Assembly: GCA_013265495.1 (NCBI GenBank)
Contig: MU057711.1
Span: 2,368,844-2,432,843 of the forward strand
Reading direction: 5' to 3'
Length of the DNA stretch: 64,000 nucleotides
Origin: Vicugna vicugna
Lineage: Eukaryota
The translations under genes were made by a program, and so were the position numbers. Shown piece after piece: positions 1-11,395 of the stretch; positions within the stretch are counted from its first letter, which is position 1, and each line of letters opens with the position of its first letter. Under the pieces are notes generated by a model. It searched no databases and was not told the origin of the DNA. It worked only from the letters and a program-made list of their open reading frames with translations.

Positions 1-248
1 CGGCCTGGGGCAGGGACAGGACCTTGAGCTGGGGCCTCCCCCTGAGCCCAGCCAAGTAGCACGCTGGACTTCCTCCAGTCCCCAAAGGGCTGCAGACCCA
101 GCAGATTTCTTTTTGGCCATTTTCCCTTCTTGCCCGATGGGCCGGTGCTCTGGGTGGCATTGTGTTTCTCGGGGAGCAGGAAGCGGGTGGCAGCCCCTTC
201 CTGGCTGAGAGCCGAGGGGTGAGAGGCTGGGTCTGTGTCTGCCCGCAG

Positions 249-443
249 AGCCAGCAGCCACCCCCGCCCAGCCAGCACCTCCACAAGCACAACAAGGGGG
301 ATGCAGCCCTGAAGATGCGGGCGTCTGTGCGCATGACCCGCTACCTGGAGTCCTGGGGGGCGGCGCGGCCCTTCGCACACCTCAACCAACGTGAGAGTGT
401 GAGCAGCAGCGAGAACCCTGTCCCCAATGGGCGCAGGCCCAAG
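249..443 (+). CDS. ADCY7: ADCY7 coding exon (C1b; SQQPPPP...NGRRPK)
   Basis: cgcag|AGC ... AAG|gtagga; contains KMRASVRMTRYLESWGAARPFAHL. Confidence 0.93.
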
Positions 444-786
444 GTAGGACCCCTCCTCCCGGAGAGCTGGGAACAGGGGCCCCGGAAGGGGCCAGGAGAG
501 CGCATGCTAAGGGTGGCCTTCCATCCCAGCCTCACCTCACTCGCTCCACCTGTAGGCTGGGGAATTGCAGGCACCTGGAGAATGCTCTGGGGTGGCTGGG
601 GTTGATCCTGGCCTCCTGGTTCCCCAGATCAAGCTCAGCTTCAGTTCTGGGTGTCTGCAGCTTGCACAGTCCCCAGCACCCTGCCTGTGCATCTGAGAGT
701 GCCAGAGGTTGGTAGGCCCAGTCCTGGGACGAGCATCAGGGCCCTGAGTTCTGGAGAATAACCACCTCCCCCCACTTCCCTTCCAG

Positions 787-821
787 GCCATCCCCCTGCG
801 GCGCCACCGGATCCCTGACAG
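787..821 (+). CDS. ADCY7: ADCY7 35-nt coding exon (AIPLRRHRIPDR)
   Basis: Pyrimidine tract, ttccag|GCC ... AG|gtacgt; phase fits the flanking exons. Confidence 0.85.
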
Positions 822-1319
822 GTACGTGTCCTGGCCCCTGCCTACCTGACCAAGTCCTGTCCCAGTCACCTTCTCCAGGCAGGCTACCCTGACCAGCCTC
901 TGTCCAGGAGAGCGTATCCATGAGGCCCAGCCCTGACCCTGGGTTTTGTCGTGGCTTGGCTCAGAGTGTTTCTAAGAACCAGAGCATAACAATGATTGAG
1001 TGCCTGTTGTGTACCCACCCTGTAGTGGGGTTGTGGAGTCAGTGGGAGGGAACTCTGAGGTTTAGTGGAAAAGGCCTTGCACTGCAGGCTAGGAGTCTGC
1101 CCTCTGTTTCTTCCTGGGCTGCTGGCCAGCTGGGTAATGCTGTGTGATGCTGGGCCTTCACTTGCCCTCTCTGGGCCTCAGTGGAACCCACTTATCCCTC
1201 CGTTATCCCGCATGAAGCTCTGGGATCCCCACTTGGGTGAATCATCTGCTCCACACCCTGCCTCTGGGAGAGTGGACATGGGTCCCTGGGGTGATACCAT
1301 TGTGGGTGTCTGATTCCAG

Positions 1320-1403
1320 AAGTGCGTCCCCTAAGGGGCGGTCAGAGGATGACTCATATGATGATGAGATGCTGTCAGCCATCGAGGGGCTCAGCTCCAC
1401 GAG
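1320..1403 (+). CDS. ADCY7: ADCY7 coding exon (SASPKGRSEDDSYDDEMLSAIEGLSST)
   Basis: ttccag|A ... AG|gtgagg. Confidence 0.92.
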
Positions 1404-1687
1404 GTGAGGCTCTGAGACCTCCGTTTACCCCTGTCCCCCTCAAATATGGACCCCTGTGTGCGCAGGCCTGCCTCGTGCCTCATGCCCAGGTCCAGCTGTG
1501 TCCACGGTGCTGCCTCCTGAGGGCGAGGCCTGGTCCTCCACCCACCGCTCCCCTCTCCCCCCTGAGGGTGGCCCCCACCCAGCCCTTACTCCCCTCCCCG
1601 CTCCCACTCCCCTCCTGAGGCTGGGTCTCCTCCCCGACTCTCCCCGACTCTCCCCACCTCTCACTGTCCGTATCTGGTGCCCCACAG

Positions 1688-1760
1688 GCCCTGCTGCTCC
1701 AAGTCTGATGACTTCTACCCCTTTGGGTCCATCTTCCTAGAGAAGGGCTTTGAGCGAGAG
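1688..1760 (+). CDS. ADCY7: ADCY7 coding exon (PCCSKSDDFYPFGSIFLEKGFERE)
   Basis: cacag|G ... GAG|gtgagg. Confidence 0.93.
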
Positions 1761-2974
1761 GTGAGGACCTCTGAGCGGCCCCGGGAATGGAGGATCCAAG
1801 GCCTGAGGTGGGGTGGGGGTCCCAGCTACGGGGCAGCAAACAGCCCTCAGGGAGCGTGCTGCGGGATCGCGCCAGCTGCCATTGGGGTGGGGATGGGGCT
1901 CAGTCCAGCCCCATTTGGGTTCTCTTCCTGTCCGCCTCACCTCTGAACCTGGCGTGTCCCTGTCAGTAGTTCGCCCGTTTGGCTTGGGAGACTTTGCTCC
2001 CTTCCAGTGCCAGCCAGAACCTCAGCTGATACGGGCCAGCACACGCCTCAGGCTGACGACGTTGGCCTTTGTAAGAAAGTGCCCCAAACGCAGACTCAGC
2101 ATCGATGGGGCCTGGCTGGCCCTCCTGTCTGGCTGCTGTAGCGCCATGCTGGTGGCCACCCCCTTACTTGTTGAGTGCCTGCTGGCTCTGGCAACATCCA
2201 AGGCACACACGTGTCGTTCCACCCTCACCCCGCTGGCCAAGGTGGGCACTGGTACCCATTTTGCAGACTTTCAGGTTTCAGGGTGTCTTGGCCTCAGGCA
2301 TAGCCCATCTGAGAGGCACTTTGGTGTTGGGACTTCTCGGCCGTTGCAGTCTCCAGGCTTGAAGGGGCTCCTTAGACGGGGAACGTGGGGTCTGGAGGGA
2401 GGTGTGGTGAACAGCAGAGCCACCTGGCAGGCCTTCCACTGGCTGTGTGGCCTGGGCTCCCTGAGCCTTAGTTTGCTCATCTGCGGCAGGAGCCCTGTGG
2501 GCTGAGATCTTGAGATGGTGCCTGGAGTGGAGGGCCGGGCAGCACAGGGTCCCCCACTCGGCAGCTCGGGGCTCAGGCCTGGCCCTGCTCCTTGGTTCGG
2601 GATGAGAACAGACCCACCACTAACCCCAGTCGCAGCAGCCCCAGAGCTCACTTTTGGCTCTTGTCCATGGACTTGAGACACGGGCTTTTCAGGGACCTTG
2701 GAAATAAAGGCAGAGATCTGAGCGGAGTAGGGGAGGGGAAGGTATCCCCTCTAACTATAAACCAGAAACTGTAAAATGGAAACAAATGAAAATTTTTTGT
2801 TCATGATAATGTAACATTGTCCCCTGGAAGTCAAGGAGGGCGTGTAAGTTTTTTTTTTTTTTGTGATATGATTAACTGGAGCCAGGGTGGAGCCCGAGAA
2901 GGGGTCAGAGCAAGTGGCCCTGCGGGTGGGGCCTCAGCGGCCCAGCCACCCCTCACAGTGTCTGTTGCCCCCAG

Positions 2975-3072
2975 TACCGCCTGGCGCCCATCCCCCGGGC
3001 TCGCTACTACTTTGCTTGTGCCAGCCTTGTCTTCATCTGCATCCTGCTCGTCCACGTCCTGCTGATGCCCAG
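2975..3072 (+). CDS. ADCY7: ADCY7 coding exon (YRLAPIPRARYYFACASLVFICILLVHVLLMP; start of M2)
   Basis: cccag|TAC ... AG|gtcagt; hydrophobic segment. Confidence 0.93.
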
Positions 3073-3994
3073 GTCAGTGGCGGAGTGGGCCGGTGGTCAA
3101 GCCCACTGGGGTCAGGCTAGGAGGGGTGGTGACCTTGCAGAACCTGCTAGAAAACCTGCAGGGGGCTTTGTGACTGGCGGGACGGGGCTGCTGTTAGAGT
3201 TAGTAACTCTAGTAACTTTATACCTTCGAGCCCCACGAACCTGGTTGGGTGTTTTTGGTTTGTTTGTTTTAATTGAATGGCATGCTGCAGGCCTCCCCAC
3301 TCCCAGATGCCTCTCACCTTCAAAGTCACCTGTTATCTGTGTGGCCCTGTGGGCACTTAAGTTTGTGACCCTTGCCTTACCTTAGGTGTTTAGGGCCTTA
3401 GAAGGTCCAGCTCCCCAGAACCATAGCCATCACCATCTTTTTCTTAGATGTGAGAAATTGAGGCTCACAGGGGTTAATGCCTTATTCAGGGTGTGGGGCC
3501 AGGACACAGGAGCTGCCGTTTCCTGCTTCTGCCAAAGGCTCTGTTGGTAGGGGCAGGGGCAGGGACAGGGGGCTGAGGTCGCAGGGAGGGAGTAAGGTCA
3601 GCTACTTGATGGCTTCTGGAAGGGTGGTTAAGCCAGAGGGTCCACTAGGATTGTGGTTTAGGATGTGCTTAATAAAGACAAAACAGGAAACACTTTCAGA
3701 TGGTACTTATGTGCCAGACAGGAGCCTAAAGGCTGTACAGTCACCCATTTCTTATATACTTGGCCCGGAAAGGGGGGTGTGATGTTGACCTTGGTCTTGG
3801 AGTCTTGGCCAGGCTTCGTGTGTTGTGGGTGGGGCAGCTGGACCATGGTGTTCAGAGGCTCCCCTTTGGCTGAGTATAGGTAGCTGTTTCGAGGGGGCAG
3901 AAGGCGAATTGAGGTGGTGGGGATGGGGAGCTTGCCTGAGGCTTGGCCCTGGGCAGAGGGTCCCCCAGAACTTGTGTTTCTCCGTCCCCTCCAG

Positions 3995-4079
3995 GGTGGC
4001 AGCTCTGGGTGTGTCCTTTGGGCTGGTGGCCTGCGTGCTGGGGCTGGTGCTAGGCTTGTGCTTTGTGGATAAATTCTTG
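3995..4079 (+). CDS. ADCY7: ADCY7 coding exon (VAALGVSFGLVACVLGLVLGLCFVDKFL)
   Basis: ctccag|G ... TTG|gtgagt. Confidence 0.92.
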
Positions 4080-4521
4080 GTGAGTGGGGAGGCCCCTGAC
4101 CGGGTGCCAGGCTGTGTGGTGGGAGCCTGGCCCCACTGCCCCTGCCCCCACCTTGGTGTCCCCCAGCCCCCCACCCCTCCCTGTGAGCTCTGCCCCTCTC
4201 GCCTCCAGGATAATCTGCTGAGTGCTCAGAGGCTTCTCCTAGGAGTCTCTTTCCTAGGTGCTAGTGGTCCCCAAGCGGCTGTGGCTGTCCCTGGCCCCAG
4301 GGGTGGGGATGTCCCTTCTGTCTGCACTCCACATGTGTCCTGAGCTCCAGGCTGGGGACACACCACCACCTGACTCTCCCCAGCGGAGGTCTCAGAAGCT
4401 CTCATGCCCTCAGGGCCCTTGGGATGGGGGCGCCCTGGCCAGGCCTCCAGCAGGCTCTCCCTGACCTCCGGGTGCGGGTGCAGCTGCGGGTGCTGGTTGA
4501 CTCAACCCTGTGATTCCACAG

Positions 4522-4647
4522 AGGTGCTGCCCGGCCTGGGGGACGCTCGGAGCCATCTCTGAGAGGGTGGAGACACAGCCCCTGCTGCGGGTGTCCCTGG
4601 CTGTCCTGACCATCGGCAGCCTGCTCACCATCGCCGTCATCAACCTG
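4522..4647 (+). CDS. ADCY7: ADCY7 coding exon (RCCPAWGTL...AVINL)
   Basis: cacag|AGG ... CTG|gtgggt. Confidence 0.92.
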
Positions 4648-5489
4648 GTGGGTTCTGGGGGTGGGGGAAGGCAGGCCTGGCAAGGACCCCTTGGGGCCGT
4701 GCACACTTCCTGGGGGAGGGAGCCAGTCTCTGACCTTGGGAGCTAGATTCTAGAATCCTATAATCCTGTTGCCTAAAAATGGCATCTGGCGTGACCGTAT
4801 CCAGAGCCCCATGGGCGGGCCCTGTGGAGTGTCTGGCAGCTCAGGGCTCCTCACCCTGCATTTGTCACATGAGGACTTGGCGCCCCTAGAGTGCTCGTGC
4901 GGCCAAGCTCATAGGGTGAGCTGTCTTGAGCTGCCACAATGTCCTCGTGAACATCTCAGTCTTTCTTCTCAGCCCCCTGGGAGGAGGTCCCGGCCCAGCC
5001 TCTCCAAGACCCAGTTTCCTGAGCATGAGCATGAGCTTGGGGCCTGCTTCTCGGGCGGGCTCAGATCTCCATGCTGAGATGGCACTTGTCTTGGCCCGTC
5101 CCCCCAGCTCTGACATCCGGAGTCAGTGCCTCTTTCCCGCACTCCCCGCCCCCTGCACTCTGGACTCTGTGATCCCCTCCCTCAGCATCACCTGGGGAGA
5201 AGGGACCTCACTGAAAACATTGCTCCCAGCTTCTCCCGCCGAGTCAGCCTCTGGGACAGGGCTCTGGGGGTGGCGTCCACATGTCTTCCTTTGATACCCT
5301 CTCTCCGCATTGAAGCTGCCGGCTGCGGTGGGAAGTCGGGGCTCCATGGCTCTGTGCTAAGCTTAGAGCTGGGCCTGGCGGAAGATGCCCACGGTGCTCA
5401 TGGAGGCCCAGGCCCTGCCCTCTGGCTCCTCCAGATCCCCAGCCGGGAGCCCCTGGACAACCCCTCATGGGGACCTGTCTTTTCTGTAG

Positions 5490-5588
5490 CCACTGATGCC
5501 TTTCCCGGTCCCGGTGCTGCCTGCTGGGAACGAGACAGGCCAGGGGGCCATCAGCAGCCGAGAGAGGACCCTGTGTGAGCTCCTCCCG
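5490..5588 (+). CDS. ADCY7: ADCY7 coding exon (PLMPFPVP...NETG...LCELLP; loop with N-glycosylation sequon)
   Basis: ctgtag|CCA ... CCG|gtgagt. Confidence 0.9.
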
Positions 5589-6517
5589 GTGAGTGTGTCC
5601 TCACTGGGACGGCCCCTGTGTGGACGGGTGTGGAAGAGCTGAGTCCAGCCTCTCCCAGGGGAGGCCGAGAAAGCAGGGCCCATGGGCTGAGGGATCCAGG
5701 TGCTGGCATGCTGGGTCGAAGGTGAGAGGGTGGGAGCACCCTCTGCTGGTGGCTCTCTCCTGACCACACCTGTCGTGACCTCCACGGCATCAACAGGGAA
5801 GCGGGCGCACAGAGGCTGATGCATTTACCTCACAGGCACTAGAGCCAGGTGGGAGCGCCCTCCTGGACAGGATGAGGTCTGTGGGACTTGAGGGTGGTGG
5901 TGGTGAATTTGAGCTGGTCTCTAAAGGGCAGAAAGTTATGCAATGGGGGGATGGGAGAGGGGACAGCGAGCAAAAGCTGAGGCAGCTAGTGGACACAGTA
6001 GGTTTCAGGTGTTTCATGGGGAGGAGGTGGGGGAGAACTGGGGATGAAGCCAGAAGTAGGTTTGATCCAGCTCTGAGTGGAGTGTGAGAACTTGGTCTTT
6101 ATTCTACGGGTAGTGGGGAGCCACAGCATGATCTTGAGCTGGAGAGTAACATGGGCAGAGATGCACTTTGGGAAGGGCCAACTCATCGCAGAACTCAGAC
6201 CACTGCCCTGACCTTGTCACAGCCACACCCCACCTGCACTTTTATTTAGTACATTTTTATCCCTTGAAGTGAGCTCTCTTGCCATAATTAGAAATAAGAA
6301 TACAGTAAAAACAACACAATACTAAAACGTTTTAAATTCTGTTGCCTGCTCTTTGTTAAGGGAGGTCAACAAGGCAAGAGAGTGATGCTGAGGACACACT
6401 GGCTCTTCCCAGGTTCCCCCATGGCTAAAGGTGCCCCTCCCTTTGGTGACCACTGGTCCAGGAGGTGCCTCTTGGTGACGGGAGGTGGTGAGGTGACCAA
6501 CATCCCTGTCTTCCCAG

Positions 6518-6711
6518 TATTACACCTGCAGCTGCATCCTGGCCTTCATCGCTTGCTCTGTCTTCCTGCGGATGAGCCTGGAGCTGAAGGTCGTGCTGTT
6601 GACAGTGGCCCTGGTGGCCTACCTGGTGCTCTTCAACATCTCCCCATGCTGGCAGTGGGACTGCTGTGGCCACAGCCCGAGCAACCTCACCAAGACCAAT
6701 GGCACCTTCAG
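6518..6711 (+). CDS. ADCY7: ADCY7 coding exon (YYTCSCILAFIACSVFLRMSLE...NLTKTNGTF)
   Basis: cccag|TAT ... AG|gtgggg. Confidence 0.93.
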
Positions 6712-7596
6712 GTGGGGCCCAAGTCACTCACTGCCGGGACCCCAGTCCCCCTGCCTGTCTTGACTGTAGCCAATTGCAGCACTTTTTGTTTTGCTTTGTC
6801 TCAGTGTCATTTCAAACTGAGGTGCTTTTGCATTCATAGTCCCCTCTGGACTGGACACCTTGTGGGGTGGTCTGGCAGGCGGCATGGTTTCCACTTCACA
6901 GAGGGGAAGTGCAAGACTCAGAGCTGAGTGTGACTCATTTGCAGGGGGATGTCCCTGGTCCCACAGAGGCCACCTGGGTCATCCTGTCTCTTGGCTGGTC
7001 GCTGGGGGAGCGGCGGGGAGGCAAGGCTTCAGCTCGAGCCCAGCTCCCTGCTTTGAGCTGTGTCCTGGATCTCCAGAGTTCTGGAAAGAGCCGCTGTCTA
7101 TAGTCTATTCCCAGACAGATGGGAGGGTCTGGTGTGTGTGCATGGTTCCGGGGGGCTTTGGACCTCAAGTGGATTGAGAGGGGCCTGGCTCCCCTTTGAC
7201 TAAAAGGCAGAAGCTTGGGGACCCAGAACAAGGTTGTGCCTGCAGAGTCCTGCCGACCTGCGAGCCCTGCTCACCTGCAGGAGCTCTGGCTGCCTTTGGC
7301 TGCTCCCCCGCCTGCCTGGAGCACTTTCCTTCAGACTTTGCCATGGCTCTTCCTTGCACCAGGTGTGAGCTCAGGTGTCACCTCAGAGAGGCCTCCCCTA
7401 TCTCCCTGTCAACCTCCATCCCACAACACTCTTTTCTCTACAACCTGAAGCCGTCTTGTTTGCTAAGCATGAGGACATGATCTCTGCCCTCTTGTTCACT
7501 TGCCTGCGGGCTGGCACTGTGGGCCCCTGCCACCTCCTGTGCTTGGGGGGCTTTGAGGGGAACTGGAGGCGACACCTGCCTTTCCCCTTCATCCAG

Positions 7597-7687
7597 CAGC
7601 CCCCCATCCTGTTCGTGGGATCTGAAGACAATGATCAATTTCTACCTGGTCCTGTTTTACACCACCCTCATCATGCTCTCCAGACAG
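7597..7687 (+). CDS. ADCY7: ADCY7 coding exon (SPPSCSWDLKTMINFYLVLFYTTLIMLSRQ)
   Basis: atccag|C (tandem CAGCAG acceptor) ... CAG|gtacag. Confidence 0.9.
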
Positions 7688-8073
7688 GTACAGCCTGGAA
7701 ACGCCCACTGCATCCCTAGCTTTTGTCTCTACTTGGAGAGAGGACGGGCTGGGGCTGGGGCTGGGGCTGCCTCAGATTTGGAGCAGCACGCAAGACAGCA
7801 GTCTTTAGGGAAGCTCTGGCCCCTGGGTCTGGGGTCCTGAGTAAGTGTCCTTACCTCCCATCCGGGCATGAGTGACATTTAATCTTGTGGGTCACTCGAG
7901 TCATGGGTGACTGGGGTTTTAAGGCCCCTGGGGGGTGCCTACTGAGTTGGAGACCTTTGCCAGGGGCACAGGGTGGGGGTGCTGGTGGGCTGGCTCCGTC
8001 ACCCCCAGGGTTACAAGTGTGCCCTGTCGTCACTCACTGTGGCCAGGACGCTGATGCTGCCCTCTGTCCGCAG

Positions 8074-8229
8074 ATTGATTATTACTGCCGCTTGGACTGT
8101 CTGTGGAAGAAGAAGTTCAAGATGGAACACGAGGAGTTTGAAACCATGGAGAACGTGAATCGCCTCCTTCTAGAGAACGTCCTGCCAGCCCACGTGGCCG
8201 CCCACTTCATTGGTGACAAGTTAAATGAG
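8074..8229 (+). CDS. ADCY7: ADCY7 coding exon (IDYYCRLD...LLENVLPAHVAAHFIGDKLNE)
   Basis: ccgcag|ATT ... GAG|gtgtgg. Confidence 0.95.
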
Positions 8230-8966
8230 GTGTGGGCGAGAAGGGGCTCAGTCACTAGGGCAGGGAGCCTGAAGGCACAGACGCATCCCGTGGAGTGAAG
8301 TGTTACAGCTGCCACGTGCTTTCTGCACCTGCTTTCTGTGGCTCTTGGGCCCCACGGTGCGCCCAGGAGGCCATGGTGGTATCCGCTTTAAGAACACAGG
8401 CTTTGGAGTCAGAGACCTGGGTTCCAGTGTGATTGTGGACAAGATGCCTCATTGCCCTGGGCCTTGATTTTCACATCTGTAAAAAGGGGCTGACTGCTTG
8501 GCTGGCAGGATTGTTGCAAGGAGCAAATGTCCAGGGCTTTGTAATCTGGACCATCTGTTGATGAAAACACGCATTTCTACCAATTTTGTGTAGCAGTGAG
8601 CTTTACAGATGTGGAAACCCAGGCCCAGTGCGTATGGAACCCAGGTCTCCTGCCTGCTACCTTCTACTGCCCCGGGGTTCTCAACCCCAGCCGTACAGAC
8701 CCAGGGTACTTAAGAGCCCAAAACTAACCTGAACTTAACTCTCCCTGACCAACCAATTCAAAACCTATTCTGTAACAGCCCCTAGGTGGGTCTTAGGTAC
8801 AGGCAGGCTGGGAACCACTGCTTAGCACCCCCCACCTCTGACCCCCTCCCCATGCCAGTAACATCTGCTCCTGGAGCGGAATCGTCTCCAGGGCCTGCTT
8901 CCCCGCCCCCACACGAGGCCGGGGGGGGGGGGCCGCAGAGTCTCACTTCTTTTCACCCCAATCCAG

Positions 8967-9113
8967 GACTGGTACCATCAGTCCTATGACTGCGTGTGTG
9001 TCATGTTTGCGTCTGTGCCGGACTTTAAAGTGTTCTACACAGAGTGCGACATCAACAACGAAGGGCTGGAGTGCCTGCGTCTGTTGAATGAGATCATCGC
9101 TGACTTCGATGAG
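8967..9113 (+). CDS. ADCY7: ADCY7 coding exon (C2a: [20 protein letters not shown]...IIADFDE)
   Basis: atccag|GAC ... GAG|gtgcgc. Confidence 0.95.
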
Positions 9114-9738
9114 GTGCGCCCCAACCCCCCACCTCCGCCGCCTGCGCGGGCGGGGCTCCCCCCACCCCCGCCCTGAGCTGGAGGAGAGGGTGGGGCGTCC
9201 TGCACCCAGTTAACACACATGGTGTGGCTCCCTTGGGAGGAACACACATTACACAAACTATAAAAGGTACATACAAATTTTGTTTTTTCAGTAAGTATTT
9301 TGTTATCTTCCCTGTGATGGGCAGCTTGCTTAGATTAGATTTCGGTCCTTGTAGAACAGTCTGATTTCCTGCTAAGCCAGTGTCATCAACCTGTTTCAGA
9401 GGAAGTCAGTTTGGGCTTAACTCTCAGCTGCAGACAAATAATCGACATTCCTGTGTAGATGCTGTTGGGTGGTGTGTCTGCTCCTTAGCAGGACCAAGAG
9501 CAGATGAGGATGGAGGAGACAGGGAATATCAGGGAACAGAGATGAGAGGAGGAGCAGAGAGAGAACCCAGAGGCTGTGTCCCCACTTGGACGGAGGTGTG
9601 AACTCAGCTGGGAAGGGCCCAGCATGAGGAATGTGTGCACGGGAAGTGGTGCTGGGAGGGAATCCTAACCCTTCTCAGCATCTGGGACAGCCCCGGCTGC
9701 AGCTGTGTCACCTGGCCCTGCTTCCCTTCGTCCTACAG

Positions 9739-9843
9739 CTGCTGTTAAAGCCCAAGTTCAGCGGTGTGGAGAAGATCAAGACCATCGGCAGCACGTACAT
9801 GGCAGCGGCAGGGCTCAGCATCCCCTCAGGGCACGAGAACCAG
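9739..9843 (+). CDS. ADCY7: ADCY7 coding exon (LLLKPKFSGVEKIKTIGSTYMAAAGL...ENQ)
   Basis: ctacag|CTG ... CAG|gtactc; class III cyclase EKIKTIG motif. Confidence 0.95.
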
Positions 9844-10202
9844 GTACTCCGCCTACTTGGTGGCCTCCCGTCCCAGCCCTAGACCTGTCTTTTACCTGAA
9901 AGGGGCACCTCCCCATGCCCCATCCTATGGAAGAAGGACAAAGCCTGAGGGAGGATTCTGGTGAGGGTCTGGGGCATGTGGCCCCTCACCAGGAGGGGAG
10001 CTTCAGTGGCAGAGCAGGTTCTGGAGCCTCTGCAGAGGGTCCCATCAATGCCTGCCCCCCTACCTCCGCCATGGGTTTCATGGCCGGGCTCGGGCACAGC
10101 GCTTACCAGCTCAGGGGGCTTTGGAGTGTTCACCTAACACCTGGTGGAGGCAAGAAGGCAGGTGAAATGGCCCCAGCCCCACATGCAGCGCTCTGTCCGC
10201 AG

Positions 10203-10317
10203 GACCTGGAGCGGCAGCACGCCCACATCGGCATCATGGTGGAGTTCAGCACCGCCCTGATGAGCAAGCTGGACGGCATCAACCGGCACTCCTTCAACTC
10301 CTTCCGCCTCCGCGTTG
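10203..10317 (+). CDS. ADCY7: ADCY7 coding exon (DLERQHAHIG...SFRLRV)
   Basis: ccgcag|GAC ... G|gtgagg. Confidence 0.95.
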
Positions 10318-10913
10318 GTGAGGCCCCGGGGAGGCGGGTGGGACTGTGCAGCCCCTGCCTCCTGGCAAGCCCACTCTCAGCCCAGTGTGCACTGCTATCA
10401 GTTACGATAAGCTGCAGAATTCTCTCTGACCCTACAACCCCAGCGATTTCCCGGTTGCTCCTTGCATACTATTTATAAAGTTATTTTGGAAAGTCTTAAA
10501 TAAATACGAATATATCACTACAGAGAAGGCAAAGCTCAGATTCCTGGCTGTAAGCAGGTGACCTTAAAATACACTGAGAACAAAGCAAAGTCAGTAACCT
10601 AACTAGTCAGTTAGCTAAAAGGGTCAGTGCCCAAAGCCTATTCACTCTTCGCTAAGAGTTAGCAGACACGAGGAAAGTGTTAACACTGGACACAAGCCTC
10701 TCCTCTAGTAAAGCAGAGTCTGAGAAAGAACTGTCAGGGTTCGCCCTCCTCATATCCAAGTACCATCTCCTGTCCCAGGCTCAGGAAGCACTGTTCCAAC
10801 ATTCATTTCAGTTGTGCTCTGTCAGTGCTTTCTGTGGTTGCCGGGTGGACTCTGTGGCCTTACAAGCCTGAGGTTTGCCTCTATGATCTGCCAACTGCAA
10901 ACATTATCTTCAG

Positions 10914-11038
10914 GCATAAACCACGGGCCCGTGATTGCTGGAGTGATTGGGGCAAGGAAACCTCAGTACGACATCTGGGGAAACACGGTCAATGTCGCCA
11001 GTCGAATGGAAAGCACTGGAGAACTTGGGAAAATCCAG
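10914..11038 (+). CDS. ADCY7: ADCY7 coding exon ([41 protein letters not shown])
   Basis: cttcag|GC ... CAG|gtaaaa; catalytic Asn/Arg motif intact. Confidence 0.96.
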
Positions 11039-11248
11039 GTAAAAACTCACCTGGGGAAACCTGTACCCAAGGGGAAGAGACCTTCGCAGAGGTGAGGGAA
11101 CCCGGTGTCAGTCAGCTGTGGGATTCCAGCAACAAAATTCTTGAGGGAAACCAGACACGTGTGCTGCCTGTCGGCCAACTTTTGTCTGTCCCTCCCACGG
11201 CAGGTTTTCTTCCTGCCTCTGAAGACTTAGCCTTCTTTTCCTTTTCAG

Positions 11249-11395
11249 GTTACGGAAGAGACTTGTACCATCCTCCAGGGACTAGGTTACTCTTGCGAAT
11301 GCCGCGGACTCATCAACGTCAAAGGCAAGGGTGAACTGAGGACTTACTTTGTCTGCACAGATACTGCCAAGTTTCAAGGGTTGGGGTTGAACTGA
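11249..11395 (+). CDS. ADCY7: ADCY7 last coding exon (VTEETCTILQGLGY...KGKG...GLGLN*)
   Basis: ttttcag|GTT ... AAC TGA. Confidence 0.95.
   Translation, partial: VTEETCTILQGLGYSCECRGLINVKGKGELRTYFVCTDTAKFQGLGLN

Larger units (their letters stand above)
249..11395 (+). other. ADCY7: ADCY7 gene span, 3' part (16 coding exons, 1875 nt including stop; upstream exons lie outside the window)
   Basis: The spliced translation runs from SQQPPPPSQHL through EKIKTIGST and [14 protein letters not shown] to KGKGELRTYFVCTDTAKFQGLGLN*, matching mammalian adenylate cyclase 7. Exon phases are consistent. Confidence 0.97.

Noticed and set aside
1813..2681. 230-aa and overlapping ORFs in an ADCY7 intron
   Set aside because: No recognisable domain; expected by chance in GC-rich intron sequence.
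3195..3211. Short inverted repeat TAGAGTTA-G-TAACTCTA (and an 8-bp stem at 39471-39496)
   Set aside because: Short enough to arise by chance in 64 kb, with no supporting context.
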